Below, in pieces: positions 56,603 to 62,894 of a stretch of 64,000 nt of DNA. Origin of the DNA: a bacterium (GTDB lineage Bacteria; Patescibacteriota; Minisyncoccia; Minisyncoccales; CG1-02-41-26); the NCBI GenBank assembly GCA_030603395.1, contig JAUVXX010000003.1, forward strand, positions 30,645 to 94,644. Reading direction: 5' to 3'. Below the pieces are notes generated by a model, which had not been told where the DNA came from, searched no databases, and saw only the letters and a program-made list of their open reading frames with translations. Within the stretch, counting starts at the first letter, position 1; each line of letters opens with the position of its first letter. Position numbers and translations under genes: made by a program.

Positions 56603-57438
56603 ATAAAGCAAAGGTAAAATCCACAAGCAACAAGAAGATTACCCAGATCACATTGCCAGATGAAAGATTCTATGAGAAAGGTGGTAAATACTACCCGGCA
56701 GTAAACTACATCCTGCAGGCCTATCCGAAGAACATCGGCTTCTACAAATGGCTGGCCTCAAAAGGCTGGGATGAAGCGGAGAGGATCAAGGAGGAAGCAG
56801 GAGACCGAGGAAGCAAAGTCCACAATGCCATCTACGATTTACTGAAAGGCAAGCCAGTAAAGTACACTGACAAATACTGGAACGAGAACACCAAAGACTT
56901 TGAGATGCTAACCGACAGGGAATGGGAATGCCTGATCGCCTTCCAAAACTTCTGGGAAGACAAAAAACCTCAGCTGATCGCCTCAGAGATAGTCTGCTAC
57001 TCAGAAAAATATTTTTATGCTGGTACGATTGACTTCATCGGAATAGTAGACGGGAAAGTGATGCTGATTGACTGGAAGACCGGCTCGAAGATCTACCCCT
57101 CACAGCTGCTCCAGGTGGCCGCTTACTGGCAAGCCGAGAACGAGAAAGGGAAGTTCAAACCAGCCGAGACTGCGGTGCTGAGATTAGGCACCAAGCACAC
57201 CAGAGGATACGAACCACTGAAGAAGAGCGGAAAGGGAAAGAGAGGCAATCTGATGAATCTGAAAGAAAACAAAGAGGCCTTCAGTGTGTTCTTGGCGGTC
57301 AAAAAGACATGGGGATTCGAACATCCGAAAGCAAAGCCTGACATAAAAGAAATTCCAGAGGTGATTAAATTGAAGATCGTTAAACTAAGAAAAAAACATG
57401 GCATCACAACCAAACGAGGAACTAAGCGTAATAGGTAA
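56599..57438 (+). CDS. PD-(D/E)XK (RecB/Cas4-like) nuclease
   Basis: YAGTIDFIG (motif II Asp), MLIDWKTG (D-x-K) and QLLQVAAY (QxxxY). No Fe-S cysteines. Confidence 0.7.
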   Translation: MNKAKVKSTSNKKITQITLPDERFYEKGGKYYPAVNYILQAYPKNIGFYKWLASKGWDEAERIKEEAGDRGSKVHNAIYDLLKGKPVKYTDKYWNENTKDFEMLTDREWECLIAFQNFWEDKKPQLIASEIVCYSEKYFYAGTIDFIGIVDGKVMLIDWKTGSKIYPSQLLQVAAYWQAENEKGKFKPAETAVLRLGTKHTRGYEPLKKSGKGKRGNLMNLKENKEAFSVFLAVKKTWGFEHPKAKPDIKEIPEVIKLKIVKLRKKHGITTKRGTKRNR

Positions 57439-57829
57439 AATCGATAGCGTCAACCCGGTTAAGACAGGGACCACAACAAGAGACGGCAGGACCTTCGACT
57501 GGACCCTTTATGACGTAAAGATCGATGGAGTGAACTACCGAACCTTCGATGATCGCTACCAGAAACTGGTAGGCCAATCAGGAGAATGGAAATTTAAGAT
57601 AGACAACCGGCAGGGAAGAGACGGGAAGTGGTACGAGAACAGGAACCTGCTTAATCTCCCGAGACCGGGCGCAGGCGGAATGTCACCAGAACAGGAAAAG
57701 AAAATCCACGATAAGTTAGACAAGATTATCGGTATGCTCGAGCAACCCCAAGCAGACAAGCCAGGAGACTTCGAAGTAGAGACAGGACCAGAGCATGGAC
57801 CTGTCCCGGGTCCACCAGAAGAGTACTAA
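57398..57829 (+). CDS. Hypothetical protein (possible OB-fold/ssDNA-binding; disordered acidic C-terminus)
   Basis: Beta-rich N-terminal 90 aa, then a Pro/Gly/Glu-rich tail ending PPEEY. The function is a guess. Confidence 0.3.
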   Translation: MASQPNEELSVIGKIDSVNPVKTGTTTRDGRTFDWTLYDVKIDGVNYRTFDDRYQKLVGQSGEWKFKIDNRQGRDGKWYENRNLLNLPRPGAGGMSPEQEKKIHDKLDKIIGMLEQPQADKPGDFEVETGPEHGPVPGPPEEY

Positions 57830-57926
57830 GCCCCTGACCCTGCCTCTTGCCTCTCTCACCCTTGTAAGATCACCGTAGGGGCATGATCCGAGAAGAGGGA
57901 GAGGCAGAGATTAGAGGCTAAAAAAT

Positions 57927-58475
57927 ATGACAAAAAAACTATCATTTAGCTTCCTGCCAATACCAGAGGAGTTAATGGGAAGCAAAGCGATCAGCTGGGG
58001 AGCAAAATATCTATTCGGGATCATAGCAAAGGCAAACAAGGAGAAAATTAGATGGAGTGTAAAATATTTAGCAAAGAGAATGGACTGCACCCCAAGAGAA
58101 ACGAGTCGCAGAGTGAAGGAATTAAAAGAAAACAATCTCATTATTGTCAAAGGAAGAAAGGGAAGGGTTAACGAGTACATCGTGAACCTTGAACTCATTC
58201 AGTCTATACAGACCCCTGACCAATCGGTCGGGGGTCAGGAGAGCCAAAATTGTCATGAGACCCCCGACCGTAGCGGTCAGGGGAGTCCTACCGGGAACGG
58301 TCAGGGTAATAGTAAAGAACACTCTTTAAAGAAAACTATTAAAGACGTAAAGCGTTTAAAAAAATATCACGGATTACGAGGAAAACTCGTGGAAAAGAAA
58401 ATCTGGCTCACTCCTCTTAGAAGAACAAAGGTCCAGGAGGAAGTGGGCGCCCAATTAAGACCCAGCGGAAAATAA
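57927..58475 (+). CDS. Winged-helix DNA-binding protein (replication-initiator/regulator-like)
   Basis: WSVKYLAKRMDCTPRETSRRVKELKENNLIIVKGRKGRVNEY fits an HTH plus wing pattern. The C-terminus is low-complexity. Confidence 0.5.
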   Translation: MTKKLSFSFLPIPEELMGSKAISWGAKYLFGIIAKANKEKIRWSVKYLAKRMDCTPRETSRRVKELKENNLIIVKGRKGRVNEYIVNLELIQSIQTPDQSVGGQESQNCHETPDRSGQGSPTGNGQGNSKEHSLKKTIKDVKRLKKYHGLRGKLVEKKIWLTPLRRTKVQEEVGAQLRPSGK

Positions 58476-58476
58476 C

Positions 58477-58803
58477 ATGGCACAAGACCTTCAAAAAATC
58501 CAAGACAACGTGAGGCTGCTCTTGACGAAGCACGCAGCCTTGAGGGGTCCGTTTAGAAGGAAGCAGGCCCACATTCAGTACTGGCTGGACAACAATGAGA
58601 TAGGGAAGTTTATAGCAAATACTTTGATGAAGGAATACCCCTACTGGACTTCAGCCGAAAGCATCAGCCGGGCCATCAGGGCAATACAGGATCCCAAGAA
58701 CAGAAACTACGATCCAAATCTAAAGCCCTTGCCCGAGTTAGAGCAAAAGAGATTTGAGATGGCTGATGACAACAGAAGATTTAATTCAAAGGTCGGGCAG
58801 TAA
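58477..58803 (+). CDS. Hypothetical protein
   Basis: 108-aa ORF tightly packed between its neighbours. No motif recognised. Confidence 0.45.
   Translation: MAQDLQKIQDNVRLLLTKHAALRGPFRRKQAHIQYWLDNNEIGKFIANTLMKEYPYWTSAESISRAIRAIQDPKNRNYDPNLKPLPELEQKRFEMADDNRRFNSKVGQ
58788..58797 (+). promoter_or_regulatory. AAAGGYCGR motif copy (aaaggtcggg)
   Basis: 29 nt upstream of the ATG at 58817, followed by gtaaagaataaa. Confidence 0.45.
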
Positions 58804-58816
58804 AGAATAAAGAAAC

Positions 58817-59671
58817 ATGAAACTGAAATCAGGAAAATGGCAACCACAAGAGAAAACAGGCGAACTAATCCGACAAGTCCAACAAATCCTTGATAGCTAT
58901 TCAGTGGCTCTGACCATCAGGCAGGTTTTTTATCAACTGGTGGTAAAGCAGATCATCCCGAACAACCTCAACTCCTATAAGAATTTAGATGCTGTTCTTT
59001 CCAAAGCTCGCAAGAATGGTTATCTGGACTTCGATGCTTTTACCGATAGGAAGAGAAGACCAATTAAAGACGGCTCTTGGTCAAATTTGAATGATTTTAT
59101 CTCAACAGTTAAGAGGTCTTACTCTAAAGACAAATGGGACAACCAGGAGAACTATGTAGAGGTTTGGCTGGAGAAAGATGCTTTAGCTGGAATCTTTGAA
59201 CCTATCACGCAAAAGTATGATGTCAATTTGCTTCTTGGCTACGGCTACCAAAGTTTGAGCTCCTTGAATGATGCGGTATCACGATTCCCCGATAAAGACA
59301 TCTACATTCTTTATTTTGGGGACTTCGATCCTACCGGCCTCGACATTCCCAGGAGTGCCGAAGAGAACTTGGTGAAATGTTTTGGGAATTCTCCAATTTT
59401 TAAGAGAATATCTTTGACCAAAAAAGATATTGATAAGTTTGAATTACCACCAGCACCAGCTAAAACCACCGACAGCCGAACTTATGCTTTTGTCAAGGAA
59501 CATGGAAACATAGCGGTTGAACTGGATGCCTTGCCCCCCAATGTTTTAGAGAAAAAGATAGAGAAAAGCATAGAGAAGTATCTTGACTTTGAGCAACTTG
59601 AAAAGGATTTAAGGGTTGAAAAAAGAGAAAGAGATAAACTTAGAATCAAACTTGAAAAATTGAAATTCTAA
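58817..59671 (+). CDS. Spo11/topoisomerase VI subunit A-like protein (5Y-CAP plus Toprim only; 'Topo mini-A'-like)
   Basis: ALTIRQVFYQLV parallels the catalytic-Tyr motif RDIFY/RDIYY of Spo11/Top6A. VEVWLEKDAL carries the Toprim Glu, and ILYFGDFDPTGLDI carries the Toprim DxD. The protein is 284 aa, and no GHKL/B-subunit gene lies nearby. Confidence 0.7.
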   Translation: MKLKSGKWQPQEKTGELIRQVQQILDSYSVALTIRQVFYQLVVKQIIPNNLNSYKNLDAVLSKARKNGYLDFDAFTDRKRRPIKDGSWSNLNDFISTVKRSYSKDKWDNQENYVEVWLEKDALAGIFEPITQKYDVNLLLGYGYQSLSSLNDAVSRFPDKDIYILYFGDFDPTGLDIPRSAEENLVKCFGNSPIFKRISLTKKDIDKFELPPAPAKTTDSRTYAFVKEHGNIAVELDALPPNVLEKKIEKSIEKYLDFEQLEKDLRVEKRERDKLRIKLEKLKF

Positions 59672-59674
59672 ACC

Positions 59675-59684
59675 AAAGGCCGGG
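59675..59684 (+). promoter_or_regulatory. AAAGGYCGR motif copy (aaaggccggg)
   Basis: 27 nt upstream of the ATG at 59702. Preceded by aaattctaaa, as in the next copy. Confidence 0.45.
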
Positions 59685-59701
59685 ATAAAAAATAAAACAA
59701 C

Positions 59702-59893
59702 ATGATGAATTTAAACCAAGCCATAGTATTCGCCATCTTGATGGAGAACCACGAGGGGATCCTCGGGAAATCCCAGGCATACATAAAAGAGAAAGTGAGG
59801 TCAGTTGAATCGATGGAGTTCCCAGAACGTTTGCTCGAGCATGACAGTCATGAGAAGTTTAGAAAGTGGCACGAGAGATGGAATAAAAATTAA
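59702..59893 (+). CDS. Hypothetical small protein
   Basis: 63-aa ORF. Confidence 0.4.
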   Translation: MMNLNQAIVFAILMENHEGILGKSQAYIKEKVRSVESMEFPERLLEHDSHEKFRKWHERWNKN

Positions 59894-59904
59894 AATTCTA
59901 AATA

Positions 59905-59914
59905 AAAGGTCGAG
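59905..59914 (+). promoter_or_regulatory. AAAGGYCGR motif copy (aaaggtcgag)
   Basis: 34 nt upstream of the ATG at 59939, followed by gtaaagaataaa. Confidence 0.45.
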
Positions 59915-59938
59915 AGTAAAGAATAAAATAAAAGCACC

Positions 59939-61327
59939 ATGGAGTTACAATTAATCAACATTTCATCCGCATACGAATCGGAGACGAACCCCCGTGATAA
60001 AAAGGACTTCGAGGGCCCGGCCTTCGATGACCTGGTGGCGAGCATAAAAGAGAAAGGAGTGATAGTGCCGGTGCTGGCTCGTAGGAGAAAAAAAGACGCA
60101 AAGGAATTTGAGATTATCGTAGGATCGAGAAGATTAAAAGCGGCCAGAGTTGCTGGACTTTTGGATATCCCAGCGAAGATCGTGGAGATGGGTGATGTGG
60201 AGGCGAGGGAGGTGCAGATTATCGAGAACCTGCAACGCAAGGATGTCCACCCCTTAGACGAGGGTTTTGGTTATCGACAGCTAATAGAGAAATCAGATTA
60301 TGACGTAGAGAACCTCGCAATCAAAGTGGGCAAACCCCAGGGCTATATCCGCCAGCGTCTATTCCTGACGAACCTGACCGAGAGACCGGCCAACGCCTAC
60401 CGCAAAGGAGAGATTGCTGACGGACACGCCGTTCTTGTCGCCAGGCTCTCTCCACTTGATCAGTCCAATGCAATGAGATACCTGAGAGACTCATTCTCTT
60501 TGCCATCAGTCAAACAGTTCAAGGAATGGATTGAAGAAGAGTTTTATCATCCGCTTGCTTTCCAGCCATGGCTCAAAGACAAAGAAGCTAATAAGGCAGT
60601 CGGAAAATGTATTGAATGCTCGCCGAACTTAAACACTTTATTTGGTGAAGTCAAAGAAGGATCATGCACCGATCTGAAATGCTGGAAGAGAAAGATGGGG
60701 AGATACATACTTCACCAGATCGCCAAGTCCAGAAAGCAGGGAGTCGAATTGTTAAAAGTGAGCAAGGAGTATGGTTCAGCTGGACCCGAGATTCTTTCAG
60801 CCAATGCTTACACATCGGTCAGCTTCAAGAAAAAAGACCGGTGCAAATATGCCCAGAAGGCGATAGTGGCTGCAGGATCAGACTTGGGAACGTTCCTGTG
60901 GGTCTGTATCAGTTCCGAATGTCCTAAGCATCAGGTTGACCATGGCGATTATACTCCAACCCCGAAGGAAAAAGAGCGGAGGAGAAAAGAAATAAAGGAA
61001 CAAAAGACCAAGAGAGAGAAGGAAGAGAAAAGAATTGTGGAATCCCTGGAAAAAGTCAAGTGGCCGCTTACCGGGAAGAACTTAGACATCATATTTGAGA
61101 TAGTTTTGAACGAGCAGGGAACCACCGTACTCAGACCGGTAGCCAAGAGGTTTAAGATATCGCCAAAGAAAAAAACAAGATGCGGCTCCACTTATTATGA
61201 TTGGGAGGATTCCATTCGGGAGGCGTCAGAGGGAATGGACAATGCTGAAAAGCTGAGGTTCATCATCGGGATTTTACTCGAGAGAACGTGGGGCGATTTG
61301 AAGAACAAGATACTGAAAATGTTCTAA
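59939..61327 (+). CDS. ParB/Srx-fold N-terminal domain protein with Cys-rich middle region and charged C-terminus
   Basis: VPVLARRR...FEIIVGSRRLKAARVAGL...IENLQRKDVHPLDEG is a ParB-box (GxRRxxAA) domain. Cys clusters follow: CIECSP...CTDLKC and CKYAQ...CISSECPKH. Confidence 0.7.
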   Translation: MELQLINISSAYESETNPRDKKDFEGPAFDDLVASIKEKGVIVPVLARRRKKDAKEFEIIVGSRRLKAARVAGLLDIPAKIVEMGDVEAREVQIIENLQRKDVHPLDEGFGYRQLIEKSDYDVENLAIKVGKPQGYIRQRLFLTNLTERPANAYRKGEIADGHAVLVARLSPLDQSNAMRYLRDSFSLPSVKQFKEWIEEEFYHPLAFQPWLKDKEANKAVGKCIECSPNLNTLFGEVKEGSCTDLKCWKRKMGRYILHQIAKSRKQGVELLKVSKEYGSAGPEILSANAYTSVSFKKKDRCKYAQKAIVAAGSDLGTFLWVCISSECPKHQVDHGDYTPTPKEKERRRKEIKEQKTKREKEEKRIVESLEKVKWPLTGKNLDIIFEIVLNEQGTTVLRPVAKRFKISPKKKTRCGSTYYDWEDSIREASEGMDNAEKLRFIIGILLERTWGDLKNKILKMF

Positions 61328-61343
61328 CGAAGAAGAAGAGATA

Positions 61344-61353
61344 AAAGGTCGAA
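61344..61353 (+). promoter_or_regulatory. AAAGGYCGR motif copy (aaaggtcgaa)
   Basis: 37 nt upstream of the ATG at 61381. Confidence 0.45.
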
Positions 61354-61380
61354 AAAGATAATTCACAAACAAAAGTAATC

Positions 61381-61713
61381 ATGGAAAAAGATCAGGAATT
61401 GTTGGAGGCAATTCTAAAAGCAATCGTCTATAAACCAGAAGAAGTGAAGGTTGAGAGAAAGGTAGATGAGATGGGAGTGTTACTCTCAGTAAAGCTCGGA
61501 GAAGGAGATGCCGGTCCCGTAATCGGAAAGGAAGGAGGAACCATCCAAGCCATCCGAACCGTGATGAGAGTGGTAGGAGCGAAGGGCAAAGCCAGAATTA
61601 CCATCAAGTTAGAAGTTCCAGAAAAAAAGCCATCCTTCACAGCTCCACCACTCACCAGTCCACCCGCTGGCCAGAAGAAAGAGAAGGGAGATCTGGAAGA
61701 CCTGAAGCTTTAA
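61381..61713 (+). CDS. KH-domain RNA-binding protein (KhpA/YlqC-like) with Pro-rich C-terminal extension
   Basis: LLEAILKAIVYKPEEVKV...GPVIGKEGGTIQAIRTVMRVV (GxxG loop)...RITIKLEV. Confidence 0.7.
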   Translation: MEKDQELLEAILKAIVYKPEEVKVERKVDEMGVLLSVKLGEGDAGPVIGKEGGTIQAIRTVMRVVGAKGKARITIKLEVPEKKPSFTAPPLTSPPAGQKKEKGDLEDLKL

Positions 61714-61763
61714 TCAGAAATTCAGATTGAAGATTATTTTGAAGATTCTCCCTGGCCGCTTCG

Positions 61764-61790
61764 GAAACGGTCGATTCCTCTCGACCTTTC
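61764..61790 (+). repeat. Palindrome built from the motif and its complement (gaaacggtcga-ttcctc-tcgacctttc)
   Basis: Read directly. Contains the reverse-complement copy ctcgaccttt at 61780-61789. Confidence 0.5.
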
Positions 61791-61851
61791 AAAAATAAAC
61801 AAGGAGGAAAATAACGAGGCGGCCCGGGGAATCGAAAACAAAAAAAGAACC

Positions 61852-61861
61852 AAAGGTCGAG
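61852..61861 (+). promoter_or_regulatory. AAAGGYCGR motif copy (aaaggtcgag)
   Basis: 39 nt upstream of the ATG at 61891. Confidence 0.45.
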
Positions 61862-61890
61862 TTAAATTCTTAACCATCAAACACAAAACA

Positions 61891-62013
61891 ATGAAAAAAG
61901 AAGAAAAAGAAGAAATAAAAGATTGTCCAAAATGTGGCGGAGAAAGGGGAAGAAAGCTAATAGGAGATGAAAGTTATGATTGGTGTGATGAGTGTGGTGT
62001 GGTTGAAAATTAA
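61891..62013 (+). CDS. 40-aa zinc-ribbon peptide
   Basis: Own translation: MKKEEKEEIKDCPKCGGERGRKLIGDESYDWCDECGVVEN (CxxC...CxxC). Confidence 0.45.
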   Translation: MKKEEKEEIKDCPKCGGERGRKLIGDESYDWCDECGVVEN

Positions 62014-62026
62014 CAAAACAAAAACA

Positions 62027-62164
62027 ATGCCAATAAATAAATTAGTCGGCGAAGAAGAGGGCGGCGAAGAGGAAGGCGGAGAAGAAAAGGAAGAGAAAGA
62101 GGGCGGAGAAGAGAAGGAAGAGAAGGAAGGAGGCGAAGAGAAAGAAGAAGAGGAAGAGGTATAA
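62027..62164 (+). CDS. 45-aa poly-Glu/Gly acidic repeat peptide
   Basis: MPINKLVGEEEGGEEEGGEEKEEKEGGEEKEEKEGGEEKEEEEEV. It is encoded by a ~115-nt purine-rich stretch (almost all G/A, with a few C in ggcgg units), so coding status is uncertain. Confidence 0.35.
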   Translation: MPINKLVGEEEGGEEEGGEEKEEKEGGEEKEEKEGGEEKEEEEEV

Positions 62165-62170
62165 AGATTA

Positions 62171-62287
62171 GGCGGGCTCTGGTTAGAAAAGCCAGAGGAA
62201 ATATCGGGAAGGGTTTTTATAACTTACCCCTCATTTGTCCGCAGACAATTCCCCGTTCCCGAGGGTCTGGTCTGTGCCCGCCGAACC
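62171..62287 (+). ncRNA. Candidate structured RNA domain directly upstream of the tRNA-like element
   Basis: ggcgggc (62171-62177) pairs perfectly with gcccgcc (62276-62282). Enclosed hairpins are ctctgg/ccagag, gaagggt/acccctc and ttgtc-cgca-gacaa. Confidence 0.3.
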
Positions 62288-62368
62288 GGGGCGGTAGTTG
62301 AGTAGGAACAACGTAGATCGATACATAAGGTCCTATCTAAGGCGCAGGTTCGAATCCTGCCCGCTCCA
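62288..62368 (+). ncRNA. tRNA-like element with alanine-identity acceptor stem and aberrant 16-nt 'anticodon' loop
   Basis: Manual fold. Acceptor ggggcgg/ccgctcc includes G3:U70, with discriminator A. D-arm gttg-agtaggaa-caac; T-arm gcagg-ttcgaat-cctgc; 4-nt variable region. The anticodon stem tagat/atcta encloses cgatacataaggtcct. No U33 or anticodon register can be placed, and cta rather than cca follows. Confidence 0.55.
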
Positions 62369-62370
62369 CT

Positions 62371-62865
62371 ATGTGTGCACCAGTACCAAAAGGCAGATGG
62401 GCTTGGAAATACGACAAGTGCATTATCTGTGATACCAGGAAGATAAGGCATAAAGGCCGGGGACTTTGCGTTCATTGCTGGGACAGGAGGAGGGGCCAGA
62501 ACCCGAGGAGAAAAGAACGACAGAAAAGAAGGCACGAGAAGTTTTATTTAAAAGTCAAGGGAACTCCAGAATACAGAGAATCTTGCCGATTAAAAGTAAA
62601 GAGATGGAGAGAAGATGAAAACTCAGGGTATAAATTGTTTCTTCAAAAAGTATATTTAAGAAATAAATTCAAAAGATTCCTAAACAGAAAGAGACCCCTA
62701 AAGAGAGATCTGGGCGGAGTTAAAATCAGGTGCGAAGGCTGCGAGAAAGAGTGCTTGATCACGACACCAATTAAACCCGGGAAGCTCAATGGAAAGATAC
62801 AGGAGCTTCAATTATTTAAAAAAGTATTGATAGAAAATTGCGGGCAAAATCCCACTAAGAAATAA
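62371..62865 (+). CDS. Basic Cys-rich (zinc-finger-like) protein
   Basis: CIICD...CVHC and CEGCEKEC motifs, very Arg/Lys-rich. The ATG begins 2 nt after the tRNA-like element. Confidence 0.5.
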   Translation: MCAPVPKGRWAWKYDKCIICDTRKIRHKGRGLCVHCWDRRRGQNPRRKERQKRRHEKFYLKVKGTPEYRESCRLKVKRWREDENSGYKLFLQKVYLRNKFKRFLNRKRPLKRDLGGVKIRCEGCEKECLITTPIKPGKLNGKIQELQLFKKVLIENCGQNPTKK

Positions 62866-62870
62866 AAATT

Positions 62871-62880
62871 AAAGGTTAAG
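62871..62880 (+). promoter_or_regulatory. Degenerate motif copy (aaaggttaag)
   Basis: 24 nt upstream of the ATG at 62895. Confidence 0.3.
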
Positions 62881-62894
62881 CGCTGGAATTAAAG

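Noticed and set aside
62171-62368. The idea that the G3:U70 tRNA-like element is a tmRNA (ssrA).
   Set aside because: Only about 50 nt separate the acceptor 5' strand from the T-arm. There is no room for pseudoknots or a tag reading frame, and no resume codon or ...LAA-stop tag is visible nearby.
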